Assembly: GCA_013115145.1 (NCBI GenBank)
Contig: JAAPAO010000103.1
Coordinates: forward strand, 12,265-76,264
Direction of reading: 5' to 3'
Length of the DNA: 64,000 bases
Source: Perkinsus chesapeaki ATCC PRA-425
Taxonomy: Eukaryota > Protista > Perkinsozoa
Each line of letters opens with the position of its first letter. Position 1 is the stretch's first letter. The position numbers and the translations under genes were made by a program. The notes under the pieces were generated by a model. That model made no database searches, was not told where the DNA came from, and worked only from the letters and a program-made list of their open reading frames with translations. This document shows, in pieces, positions 1-12,222 of the stretch.

Positions 1-254
1 GAGCCTATTACAGCACCAACTGTTACTGCTGCGCTGAATAACGATGATTCCGTAGACGTGGAGAATATATGCAAGTTATTATTGTAACCTATATCGATAT
101 GATGTCCATCTGGTGTCTGTATAGTATTCCTCATAGTATCAATAGTTGGACCAGTAAATCCAAATGCAAACCCAACAGCAAGGGGTGCTAACAAGGAACC
201 GATAACATATAGGATAGCATGTCTATCCGAGGTCGTGATACGGTGAGATGCCAT
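1..254 (-). CDS. MFS sugar porter (hexose transporter-like), 5' part, truncated by window edge; copy 3 of tandem array
   Basis: Manual translation from ATG at 254: MASHRITTSDRHAILYVIGSLLAPLAVGFAFGFTGPTIDTMRNTIQTPDGHHIDIG...FSAAVTVGAVIG; same GFTGPTIDTMRNT motif as the two adjacent copies. Missed by the ORF track. Confidence 0.9.
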   Translation of the reverse strand, partial: MASHRITTSDRHAILYVIGSLLAPLAVGFAFGFTGPTIDTMRNTIQTPDGHHIDIGYNNNLHIFSTSTESSLFSAAVTVGAVIG

Positions 255-547
255 GTAGGGGAGTATATAGCTGAGGACTTAGGGTGATAATCATATCTTA
301 CTATACCCTACCGAACCAACAACAATAACAAGGGGGAAATCACGCCAACAATGAATGGTTAATAACGAATGATGCGTAATAATGAATTTCATGAAAAGCG
401 AGTAGAAAACGAGAATACTTCTCGGGGAGATTACCGAAGCAACGAGCAAGTAGTATCAGTGAGATAATAACAGCTACAATGAAAGGAATGCTGATAAACC
501 ACTTTAATATTTCATAACAGAATTATAATTAGCATCGAGGTAAAATA

Positions 548-2047
548 TTATTTGGGGGCAAGTGTATATGGATCGTCTTCTCGTCTTACGACAAGTGCAC
601 TCCCTCTAGTTTCAGGTATCATTGTATAAACAAACACTATCATAAGCATTCCAATAATAGAAAAGAACCAGAATACAGCTTGAATAGAAGTAGCTTTAAT
701 AGCAAAGTCAAGAGTTAAAATAAATATAAACGCCATCATCCAATTTGCCATAACCGCCATACCAGAGGCAAAACCTCTAATATCATCTGGGAATATATCA
801 CAAGTTATCATCCATCGTACAGGAGCAATTCCAAGAGCAAAGGTAAATTGATAAATATATGTAGCAATAACACATATCCATGAAGTGATGTAACTTTTAT
901 ATCCTTCTTCATGGATAAGATAGAATGATAGGCCAACTAAGAACTGAGCTATAGTCATACCAATAGTACTAATAAGTAATAGGGGACGTAATCCTACACG
1001 CTCGATACAGCATAATGCAATACTATTAGATATAAATGTAACAATCTGAACGGTCAAAGCCATTATATCAGCCTCTTTAATACCTGCTAAAGAGAATATA
1101 GTTGATTGATAGAATGTTACTGCATTTACACCAAGTAGTTGTGTCATAACATTAAGAGTGAGTGATATGAATACACCTTTCTTGTAAGAACACCACAAAC
1201 ATAGGCTTTTATAAATAGAATGATGATGATATCCGTTAACCGTAATGGGAATAATACTATCCAGGGTTGCTAATTCAGAAGCAATAGAGGGATGATCTAA
1301 GGTTACTCCTCTTAGTTTAGCCAAAGCTTCTTTGGACTCTGATAAACGACCTTTTAATGCTAACCATCTTGGAGTCTCTGGTATCGCAAACACTGCTGTA
1401 GCCAATAGAACAGGAAACAGTATCAAAACGAAGGAAACAGCCCTCCAGTTACAGAAGGTTTGTTGTGTTGCCTTTGAGTCTAATGAACCTGCTTGAGTTC
1501 TAAAACCCATTGCTATAACATATGTAAGACCAATACCAACTGTTAAAGCGAGGTTACTCAAGGTACCTAAAGCTCTTCTACGATTGTCAGGAGATATCTC
1601 ACTAATGTATACCGATGATACAAATGAGTATAATCCAATTGCAATACCAGATATAACTCTAGCTGTAACGAAAAGATAAAAATTATTAGCAAATCCAATA
1701 ATAATAAAAGAAGTAGTCATGAAAAGAGAGGCTAAACATAGGGGAAGGCGTCGACCAATAGCATCAGTCAATGGGCCACCTGCAAGGGTTCCGAATATTG
1801 CTCCAACTAGGCAACTAGAACTGAAGATGCTGGCTTCGGCAGTAGTTTTGAAAACATGCAAGTTGCTATTAGGACCGATCGGAATAGTGTGATGAGCATT
1901 GAGCATTGCATCCAATACAGTATTCCGCATTGTATCTATAGTAGGACCTGTAAATCCAAGAGATGTACCCATAGATAATGGTCCAATAAGAACGACAAGG
2001 ATACTCAACGTAGCACACCATACCCTATAATGTAACGTCATTGTCAT
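548..2047 (-). CDS. MFS sugar porter (SP family), intronless, 499 aa from first ATG
   Basis: Uninterrupted ORF with 12-TM pattern, GGPLTDAIGRR, YISEISP, PETPRWL, ERVGLRPLL and PETRG motifs. The track start at 2101 is a non-ATG codon; first ATG is 2047. Confidence 0.95.
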   Translation of the reverse strand: MTMTLHYRVWCATLSILVVLIGPLSMGTSLGFTGPTIDTMRNTVLDAMLNAHHTIPIGPNSNLHVFKTTAEASIFSSSCLVGAIFGTLAGGPLTDAIGRRLPLCLASLFMTTSFIIIGFANNFYLFVTARVISGIAIGLYSFVSSVYISEISPDNRRRALGTLSNLALTVGIGLTYVIAMGFRTQAGSLDSKATQQTFCNWRAVSFVLILFPVLLATAVFAIPETPRWLALKGRLSESKEALAKLRGVTLDHPSIASELATLDSIIPITVNGYHHHSIYKSLCLWCSYKKGVFISLTLNVMTQLLGVNAVTFYQSTIFSLAGIKEADIMALTVQIVTFISNSIALCCIERVGLRPLLLISTIGMTIAQFLVGLSFYLIHEEGYKSYITSWICVIATYIYQFTFALGIAPVRWMITCDIFPDDIRGFASGMAVMANWMMAFIFILTLDFAIKATSIQAVFWFFSIIGMLMIVFVYTMIPETRGSALVVRREDDPYTLAPK

Positions 2048-2325
2048 ATAGAGGAAATAACCAACTAAGGTACACAAGGGATGTGAGATAAGAATTATCA
2101 ACTCAACTATATTTAAGGAGCGAATACTAACTTATTTGTTGAAGGTTGGGGGTCCACTAAAGCCAAGCCAAAGCCCGGCGGCGGAGGCGGCATCCTACAA
2201 TACTAGAAGTGTTATGAATGATTATAGGAAGTGTGAAGCCAAAAAGGAAGGTTGATGAGAGTTGATGGTGCGCCTGGCTATATTATGATAGACAATATTC
2301 GATGGAACAACAACAATGGTGATGA

Positions 2326-3777
2326 CTAATGGGAAAAGATAGACCGAACCTCATCCAGACTCTTACCTTTGGTCTCTGGCACTCTGAAGTAGACAAAAAG
2401 GAATGATAATGCAGCCGCACAGGCATAAAACCAGTAAACAGCTTGGAGTGAAGTTCCAGATACAGCATACTCCAGTACCAGAATACAAACATATGCACTT
2501 AACCAATTACCAAAGACAGACATACTTGCAGCAAAGCTACGTATTTGATCTGGAAATATCTCAGAAGATATCATAAATCTAACAGGACCATTTCCAAAAG
2601 CATATGCTGTTTGATATAGATAAGCTGATAATACAGATAACCAAGCAAGGCTAGTAGCAGTACCCGATCGATCGATGTAAAAGTATGTGCCCATTATAAT
2701 TTGGCTTATCATCATGCCAAAACAACTAACCAGTAGGAGAGGTCGTCGACCTACTTTATCTATAACACAGCAAGCTGCACCATTTGCTAATATAGTAACA
2801 AGCTGTACTGTAATAGCCATAATATCTGGCCTTCCTAAACGAGCTCTTAGAAATATTGTTGTTTGAAATAATGTTACTGTTGATACACCTGATAATTGAA
2901 CCAATACATGTATCATAATAGATATGATAACCTCCCTCCAGCATAAGATCCATGAATGAATAACACGACTTATGTTATTATTTGATATTTCATATCTGCT
3001 CGGAGAACTTATGGATAGCTCTACTCCAACTTTGGGATCATTAATATCACAATCTCTCAAACGAGCTAAGACTTGTTTGGCGGCTTCAGTTCTACCTTTC
3101 ATAGCTAACCATCTTGGACTTTCTGGTAATACAAATGGAGTAAATAATTGAATACCAGATGGTATAGTAGACAGAAAGGATACTATACGCCAGTTACAGA
3201 ATATATTTCCAGTAGTCGCACCAGGTACATTAGTCAGAGCAGCTACACCAAAGGAGTATGTAAGAGCGATACCAATGGCGATGGCTAAACTCATAGATCC
3301 GCCCAAAACTCCACGTAGATGAGTTGGAGCAATCTCACCGATATAAACAGATACAACAAAAGAATATATTCCTACTGCAATGCCATTGATAAAGCGAATT
3401 GTTATTAATCCATATATGTCACTTATTAATCCTAATACAATAAAGCTTGATACACTGATAAGAGAAGCCATAAACAAAGGGGCACGTCTACCAGTACTAT
3501 CGGTAAGAGGACCACCAAAAATGGTACCTATTGCTCCACCTATCAACAAAGATGAACTAAAGATGCTACTTTGGGTAGAGGACTTAAGTACATAAAGATC
3601 TGATGATGGACCAATATCAATATGGTTGCCAAATTTATCAATTACTGTATTTCTCATAGTATCGATAGTTGGACCAGTAAAGGCTAAACCTATACCAGTT
3701 GATACGCCACCCAAAAGGCTGATACATGCGTAAATGATAACATATAAATTAGAAGGTTTACTCATAACTGTTAACAT
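2326..3777 (-). CDS. MFS sugar porter (SP family), intronless, 483 aa
   Basis: Uninterrupted ORF with TDSTGRR, IGEIAPTHLRG, PESPRWL, DKVGRRPLL, SEIFP and PETKGKSL motifs. Confidence 0.95.
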   Translation of the reverse strand: MLTVMSKPSNLYVIIYACISLLGGVSTGIGLAFTGPTIDTMRNTVIDKFGNHIDIGPSSDLYVLKSSTQSSIFSSSLLIGGAIGTIFGGPLTDSTGRRAPLFMASLISVSSFIVLGLISDIYGLITIRFINGIAVGIYSFVVSVYIGEIAPTHLRGVLGGSMSLAIAIGIALTYSFGVAALTNVPGATTGNIFCNWRIVSFLSTIPSGIQLFTPFVLPESPRWLAMKGRTEAAKQVLARLRDCDINDPKVGVELSISSPSRYEISNNNISRVIHSWILCWREVIISIMIHVLVQLSGVSTVTLFQTTIFLRARLGRPDIMAITVQLVTILANGAACCVIDKVGRRPLLLVSCFGMMISQIIMGTYFYIDRSGTATSLAWLSVLSAYLYQTAYAFGNGPVRFMISSEIFPDQIRSFAASMSVFGNWLSAYVCILVLEYAVSGTSLQAVYWFYACAAALSFLFVYFRVPETKGKSLDEVRSIFSH

Positions 3778-4217
3778 TATATAAACAATAACTACATTAT
3801 GGTCTGGTTACGAGACTCTGGTACTAACTTTAACAGCCTCAACCAGAGGTAACTGAGACGTAGAGGGACGGCGATTGGGTGGCGCCCTCAGTGCGCCCGT
3901 GTCACGCGCCTACAATAATTATTATTATGACCAATGATAAATCATGATTGGATTACGAACTATGCGAGGGGTATCCTGTTAAGGGAAGATGGTTTATAAT
4001 AAGATATTATTCCAATGTTGAACCAAAGGATAAAAGCGGACTTGAAATATTGCTTACATAAATCGGCGGAGAGGAGACACCGAAATATTATGAGCATCGC
4101 CAAAACTCAAGAGAGACAAGGCTTGAAAAACGGTTATTTGAATACAGTAAATGTAAGGGCTAACTTCCGTATAGCAGGTGTTATCATTATTGAGTGAGGT
4201 TGATATTTAACAATAGT

Positions 4218-7200
4218 TTAATCATAACCACCACCACCACCAACAGCAGCAGCATTATCTGCATTAGTAGCAGTTGCTGATGGTTGTGGTTGTGGTGGTG
4301 CTTCATCAATGACTATTCTCCGTTGAAGTTCTTGCTCTTCTGCTCTCATAGCCTAAACTATACTAACTCACTATACTGTACTAATACTTATTATTACATA
4401 TTTACTACGTATCAATACCAAGAGTATAAGGGTAACAACACATATTGCTAATAGCTTTAAGCGTTTATCAGCAATCAATGATAATGCTAACTCATCTCTG
4501 GCAGGTAAACAAATATACCTTAACATATCACTTCTTAAATAAGGGGGCTATAAAAAAACGTATAGAGTTGCCTACCATTCTTGTATTTTAAGTATAACAC
4601 GCATAATTGATACAACAGTAGCACCAGATGATGGATGTACCTTATAATGGTGGTAATTAATAAGTTAATATACTATTAAATAATAATGAATACCTCAATA
4701 CACTTTTCATAGTGTTTGGCTGCCAGTGATAAATCCATTGGTACACCACCAAGTCCCCATTGATACATAAAACCAACATCAAATCTAACAATATGGTAAT
4801 TATTATGATGATGATTGAATAACAGGAAGAGTAACCTGTAGTAATATTTACCTTGCTTGACCTATAAAGGGTTGCATCCATTCAGAGATAACGTGTGTAT
4901 CTGCTGTACGCCTATAATGTGATAATGCATTCTCATAATCCGGTATATCCTATTATTAACATTATATTAATAATATCATTATAATCCTACTTGTCTGTAA
5001 TAGCGTATTTCAGCCGTTTGAAGTTTGCGTGTAACTTCTATTTCATCATTATTATTATCATCATAATCTTTTAATATATTACTATCATTAAATGTATCAG
5101 CTAATTCTACACCAATACCCCATCCATAATATCTAATACATAATACAACAGCAACTACTACTACTACTAACAATTAGTGTTATTATTATTACGCGAAATC
5201 ACCAAGTCTTAACTCACTTGATGGGCTACCTTGATCTGCACTCATCTCATAGAAACGTTGTGCTAATACTCTACCAGATGCATTTGGTACTTCCAATGGT
5301 GACAGCAAACGTACTAAGGACATACTATCAGTTTTAGGGGATAATACACCACCACCGCCACGGTTGGCCTGATGATAATAACAAATATATGCATTATCAA
5401 CATAATCATGATTACTTCATCTTCGATATCATAACGTTCAGCTGCCTCATTAGAGAATAGTTTAACATGGTCTCGATCTAGTAGATGTGCTAAATTAGAT
5501 TGAGAGACTTCATTACCAGCTTCAGCAAGCTGTAAAAAACTAAGTGCACCTAATGATGATAATGATAATAAGGTAAAGTATTGTTGTTCTTGTTGTTCTC
5601 ACTTGCTCTAGGATCCACCGTTTTTTGAGCATAAGCTGCATCTAAAATATTTGTAACCCAATCACCCCTTTCAGCAACTTCCTTGAGTAATTTAACTGCC
5701 ATTCTACAATCTCTTACCGTACCTTCAAATAATATTAAGAATGATATTAATACTCATTACAACAACAACAACAACAAGCTTAGCCTTACCAACACCATTA
5801 AGATGCATTATAGCTAATGCATAAGCTGCTGGTGTATGACCACGTTCAAGTGCTTGAGCATACCACATAAATGCAGTAGGGAAACTTTGTACTGTACCGG
5901 TACCTAATAGTAATAATAATTTATATTAGTTATTATTGTTATGAGAATTATACCTGTTAAATAAAGGCTTGCTAAATTGAACATGCCATCAGCTGATCCT
6001 TTTAGAGCACTGTTATTGAAGTTTAAGAATGCTTCATCGAAGTCACGCGCCTCGAAATCAAGATATCCCAAACCATTGAGACCTTAAGACCATGATTAGT
6101 TAGTTGGACCAAGATGAGGTGGTGGTTACCCAAGGAATCTCCTTTATCAGCTGCAGCTGAGAAGAATTGTCTAGCTTTAACCATATCAACATCCATTCCT
6201 AGTCCAAGACAATACCTATTATTAATAATAAATGATGATATTATTATTATACTTACATATATCCTAGAAGTGCTTCGGATTGTGGATGAGACTGTGCTGC
6301 ACCAATTTGAAGGAATTTTCGTGCCTCAGAATAACTCTGCTGAAAACCCTCTACTCCCAGTAAAAACCTGATAACCCTCCTTCTGTTGTAAGTTGTTTAT
6401 TATTATTATTATACTTTACCGTTTTCCAACAGCACTTGCTATATTAACATCACCACCATAGGCTAGCTGCTTGAATAGTGATATCTCATTAGGGCTTAAA
6501 CCCTTCTTATTACCAGTCTAATATACAACATACTACTATTCACTATTTATACTATAACCTACTGCTACTACTACCTCACCAGCTAATACACCTTGAAGAT
6601 TAAGTCGAACTAATTCTACTGCTTGTGGTAAGCCAGTAGAGTAGATATGTGCAATACGTTGGGCTATCTGCAAGATTATTATTATTATATTAATAACATA
6701 GTGGTGGTAGAGTATTGTTACTTCAATATAGTTCATAGCTGCAGTCTCACAATTACGAGGTACACCATAACCATAATAATGACGATAACCCATTGTCATT
6801 AAAGCACCTGTATCACCACCAGTTGATGATGCATACCTTAATAATACGATATTTTAATAATCATTTAATAAATGATATTACAGATATAATATACCCTTCC
6901 CATAATCCATCTCATGATCACCTGGTGTAATAATACGATTAGGATCACCACGATTATTAGAATAGTAGAGTCCAAGTATAAATCTAAAAAGGAAGCATTA
7001 CTTCTTCTTGTTATTTATAATAATAATATTATTACTGGGCATGAGGCTCCCCTCCATTTGCAGCAATCTCTAATAATTGTGCAGCCCTGGTACTATTCAA
7101 AGGTAATTCACATTGGCCTAGTTATAGGGTATAATAACAACAACAATATTCATACGATAATACTACTACTACCAGCATAAGCTAAAGCCGTTAAATTCCC

Positions 7201-7829
7201 TGAAGATTGATAGATAGATAAAAACTTATCATATCCTTCTTGAAGATGACCCGAACTGATAAAAAATGATAAGATAAGAGTATTGTGTGTTATTCAGGTT
7301 TGGTAGCTCACTTTAGGTAATCCATAGCTCTTTGAAATTGTTGTATTGTGGAGGTGGCATGGAGGCGGCCACCACGACCAGACTCCTCTTCATCTGTATA
7401 CTCAGTATACCCCCATTGTTTATTCTTATCATATACAATTAGATCATCCTAATATAATATTATCATACAACAGTAAGTTACAACAATAGATGCTGATGCT
7501 GTTACTTGTCTATTGCTGCTGCTGGTGCCTGAAGACCAGTATGATATACCACCCTCTCCTGTTGATGGTGTATCTTCGTTATCGCCTAATAATCAATTAC
7601 CTCGCGAATACTAAAGATACATACATATTCATTACCAAATATTATAAACTGTAAAACATCCAATGCAAAAAACGCTATTAGAATAGCTAAGACAGCACCA
7701 CATTTACCAATACCACCACCGAAGATACCACCTGAACAACATAACAACAACAACAGTAACAACAACAACAACTACAGTAACAACAACAACAACTACAGTA
7801 ACAACAACAACTACAGTAACAACAACAGT

Positions 7830-7878
<49 letters not shown>

Positions 7879-8117
7879 GTAACAACAACATCATCATCAT
7901 GATTACCGTGTTGATCTCTGTGGTGATGAACACCACCGTCACCACCCTGATGATTAGGATCTCTTCGCCTTGGTCTTCTTCCTTCTTCATCAACAGCTTC
8001 ACCAGCGGCCTCAACAGGTGTATTATTATCATTATTATCCACTTCCCTCTCTCGTATTCGACGTTGTCTTATACCATCATCTCCATCTATGGGCACTTGA
8101 ACAATTGGTGGATCCAT
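4218..8117 (-). CDS. SEL1L: SEL1L/Hrd3-like Sel1-repeat ERAD component, multi-exon
   Basis: Spliced exons include GALMTMGYRHYYGYGVPRNCETAAMNYIEVAQRIAHIYSTGLPQAVELVRL, matching the SEL1L Sel1-repeat segment, more Sel1-like repeats at 5.2-6.4 kb, and a C-terminal TM (LLAICVVTLILLVLI). Stop TAA at 4218-4220. Start MDPPIVQ at 8117 is inferred. Confidence 0.82.
7732..7906 (-). repeat. 175-nt intron made almost entirely of GTT / GTTACT microsatellite
   Basis: GT donor at 7906 and CAG acceptor at 7732 join CAC G to GT GGT ATC in frame; interior is (aac)n with aacagt/aactacagt variants. Confidence 0.85.
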
Positions 8118-8224
8118 ATGATCAAAAAACAGCCCACTAAAGAGTAATATTATTAAGTAACATAATATATTGAGATAGTTAAGGAAACTTGATGTATAAG
8201 TATTATTATCCATTAGTACTACCA

Positions 8225-8772
8225 TTAGAATATATGAACACAATCATATACCAATGTCCACATTAATACGAATCCCTAAAGATAATATTAATAATAATGA
8301 GTAGTAGTACATGAAATAGGTAATTAATACCATTAATCCAGTTGAGAGCTGACCAATTGCAACGTCCTTTTCACTTATGAAATACTTTTTACCATCACCA
8401 CCTAGTCTTAAGTATAACTAATAATTAAATGATGAGTATGAGTTGGGATAAGAACAAGTCGATTAATTACCATTAATGAGCCAAATAGTTGTACAATAGC
8501 AAAGAGTAATAAACCATATTGGAGCCCTTCTACTCTAAATATACCAGCTAATATACCACCAAGTATAGCAGAGAAAGTTCGACTAAAATAACAATAAATA
8601 ATAATAAAATTCATCATCATCATCATATAAGGTAAGTCATCGGTCACATCCATCCTTACCATGAACTAAGCAACCTCATATTATTTGCTAAAGCTGATTT
8701 CTGTATCAACTCTTCCGGCTTAACACTTTCAGGTGTCGTTGATGATGATGGTCCCCTACCTAGGGCTGACAT
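8225..8772 (-). CDS. EMC6: ER membrane protein complex subunit 6 (Rab5ip domain), 4 exons
   Basis: Spliced: MSALGRGP...SALANNMRLLSSCRTFSAILGGILAGIFRVEGLQYGLLLF...KYF...GLMGFVLMWTLVYDCVHIF*, matching the EMC6 N..L..CRT...L.G..AGI.G and W T..Y..VH.. pattern. Confidence 0.9.
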
Positions 8773-9043
8773 ATACTACTTATGAATAGTAGATTATACA
8801 ACAACCTAGAAGATCCAAGACAACAACACTCAAACAAAATAGGTAATATATATTGAAGCAGCAGCGGATATAAGGAACGTTAATATTATACGTTAACTAT
8901 GTTATGTAATAGCAGCACAAATGTTGTAAAAGGCAAGAAATAGTTGTAAGATAGTCATACAGGCGGCGGCGCAGCAGCAGTTTCAACTACAACAACAAGC
9001 GATAGCGGAAGACAGTTATCAGAATAAACGTGAAATATAATCA

Positions 9044-11909
9044 TCATGAACCCCTAAATAGTGATGAGGTAGTCGGGTAGGCAAAATGAACTCGCCTACG
9101 TGATGATGATGATTGTTGTCCATCATGACGTTGTTGTGGTTGTGGTTGTGGTTGTTGTGGTAAACGAGATGGATTGGTATGAAATCCACCTGACTTTGAG
9201 TTATCCACTTTAACTATTAATTGCGAGTTTATATCAGTTATATGTAATGTTTTTAATGCTCTACAACGTCTTTTAAGGACATCTGCTGATTCCTCTGATA
9301 CACCACCACTACAACCTAATAGCTCTAATTGTTGAACATACGTTAATATCCTTGATAACATATATATACCTTTATCAGTTAAACCTCTAAGACCATCTGT
9401 AACTATAAGCCTTCGAACTCTCTGTAATGCTTGAGCATGTTCATCAAATATTAAAGGGAAGGGTAACTTCTTGTACGTATTATTATTATTCACTGTTTTA
9501 TTATACCTCATCATCAAGGGATAAGAACATGATGGGCCGCCTGCTTCAGCTTCACTAGAGCTAGATGATACAAAATATACTTTTTTGGGTAATAATTTAT
9601 TACCAGTATACCTCACAACAGTAGCATCACTATCAGATAAACCAACACAATTACTTTCCCTTCTTAATGTACCATGAGCACTAACAGGACCATTAAAAGA
9701 TGATGATGCTGATGCACTAGTAGTAGTGGTAGGATGATAAAGTGGATAATGAAATGAGTAATGCGTGTTATATACCCCACCACCACCACCACTTTCGTCA
9801 TCTTTACCCTGTTGTTGTTGATTACTATTACTATCTACTACACTACTACCCCCTTTAAGTACTTGTTCAAGTAGGGGTACATCATTCGGCATATAACCAC
9901 ATAACCATTTTTGAAGAGCTAAATCATTTAATCCAGGGCATGCTCCACGAATCTCAATAGAATCAAGTGAACAACGATCAGATAATATTGTCTCAAGTGC
10001 AGTCTGACTCATACTATCAACTGTTATTGATATATTAGTTAAAGAAGGGAGGTTAGGTAAACCTAAACTACCCACCATTATATCTGATGCCTCCTTTTCA
10101 TTAAATTGACTTAAATCTAGTGTCAATGACGTTAAGGATGTTGCACTCTCAGCTAGACTTTTAAAGGCTTCAACAATACCAACATGTATATCATCAAAAT
10201 TATCTTCTTCATTCCTTGCATTAACCTCATTCATCTTATTGTCATCATTATCATCATCAGGTGGGGTAAGTACAATATCCAAATATTTAAGAGATGTAAG
10301 ATGGTCTCGTATAACTAATAGTGTATCTTCTGTACCACAACTCTTTAATCCTGCTAATTGAAGCCTTTCAATATTTGGATTAACCATAAGCACTTGACAT
10401 AACTCTTTATCAGTTACAATATTCTGTGGTTTGCCAAAACATAGACAATTTGATATATTAAGTTCTTTGAGATTTCTCAAATATACCAATTTTTCAACAC
10501 AGTATTTATCAACATGTAGACACCATTCAAGACTAAGAGATTCAAGCCCTTGAGGTAATCCAAGAAGGCCTTTCTCTGTTATCTTAGAGTTACCCAAATC
10601 CAATCTTTTCAGATTCGGACACCATTTACAAAGGGCTATAACTGATTGATCACCAAGTTGTGCACACCACTTAGATGTAAATGATATTAGATTAGGGCTT
10701 TTAGTTGCTAAACTAGCCACACCATCATCTGTTATCTGAAATAGTAGTAGTAATGGTAGTTATACACTATTATAAATACCTACCTTAGAGCATGCTCCTA
10801 TCATAATATGTTCCAGTGGTAATAATGATAATTCAGGAGCAGTAAATGCATCATCACTAACAACAGTACCAGAACAATCAAGATAGGTTAAACCTCTCCC
10901 TAGGCAACGGGTTATCTAATAATAATAGTAGTAATGGCAGCATTATGGTAACATTCTCTAACTCTATTATTACGAGTACTAGTATATCTTACCAGTTTAT
11001 CAAAGCATGGAGCTTTGGCACCTGTTTGACTGACATCCAATTTAAGTAAAGTCTTCTTAGAAACATCAGTTACTCTTTGTAATGCAAATGCTGATAATTG
11101 TCCACAACCACCAACTGATAATTCTCGTAGCCTTGTTAAACCTATTTAGGAGTATGTCATAGTAGTAGTAGTAGTTGTTATTATTATTATTACCAAGCTG
11201 AGGTTGACCACCATCTGCTATAAATGCTGAATCACTTATTCTTACACAACCCTCTAAATTAAGAGATTGTAGATAACGGCATGATACAAGTATAGCTGAT
11301 ACCAAACGATTATTAACCTAATAACAACAATAACACTAATATAAATAATAACAACAACTCACTTGTCGACAATTAGATAAATTGAGAACTCTTAGATTAG
11401 GGCATTCACGTGGTATATATGATAGAAGTGACCTAATTATATTACCATATATTATAATACTAATTATATAATACTTTCTTAGATTATATGCTCCAGTTAA
11501 ATTAAGAGTATATAAATCCTGTCCCATACATTGTATAAGTACATTATCACTTATATAATTATAATGGACTGAATAACAACAATAAAGATAGGATACTTAA
11601 ACAGCTGCTGCTGGTGGTGCTGCTGCTGGTGCTGCTGGTGGTGTTGTTGTTTATTATTACTACCTAATATCCCTAATGTCTCTCTTAATAATGATTTTGG
11701 TAATCTTCTTAATTCCTCATAAGCTGCACCTGTTCTTCTACCACCAGCACTCGGTAACATTATCCTTTCTGAAATATAATCCTGTAATAATACTGGTATA
11801 ATGTAGATATTACCAGCAAGCTCAGATGCAGTTGGTATAACAGTGGTAGTCGGTATATCAACTTGAGGAGCAGCAGCAGCAGGAGGAGGAGGAGTGATTG
11901 CATGAAAAT

Positions 11910-11948
<39 letters not shown>

Positions 11949-12067
11949 GCAATGATGATGATGATAGGTTATCATTTGCTACTCGTACATTATTAACTAA
12001 TAATAATATTATTATAATAATTAAGGATAATACGTATTGTTATATTACCTTGGAACTTATGATCCAT
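9044..12067 (-). CDS. RNI-like / FBXL-type leucine-rich repeat protein
   Basis: Repeated L..L.L..C..I.D motifs (YLQSLNLEGCVRISD, CPNLKRLDLGNSKITE, CPNLRVLNLSNCRQ); large last exon 9044-10.7 kb; start MDHKFQ at 12067 inferred from splice pattern. No clear F-box seen. Confidence 0.8.
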
Positions 12068-12222
12068 GTTAATAAATGATATACTACTCTACTACAATAC
12101 TATATAGGTATTAAATGAGGGAAAACAAACAACAACAACTTATAACAGTTAATAAAATAACATATAAATACAATAACAACAATTAATATAACAATGATAA
12201 AATAATATTATAACAACTATTA

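Noticed and set aside
2161-2280. Possible spliced-leader relic (minus strand tagcca...tttttggcttca, tttggcttgg) upstream of a sugar porter
   Set aside because: Only 5-7 nt words match the Perkinsus-type SL ACCGTAGCCATCTTGGCTCAAG and they are not contiguous; no convincing SL or SL-RNA gene was seen in the window.
3870-3955. Cluster of CCAAT/ATTGG words and a CpG patch upstream of the transporter array
   Set aside because: Short words with no recurrence elsewhere; cannot be supported as a promoter.
7704-8243. 179-aa ORF with poly-Val, and overlapping poly-Leu ORF 7811-8032
   Set aside because: The homopolymers are read-through of the (GTT)n intron; only the middle part is SEL1L exon 1.
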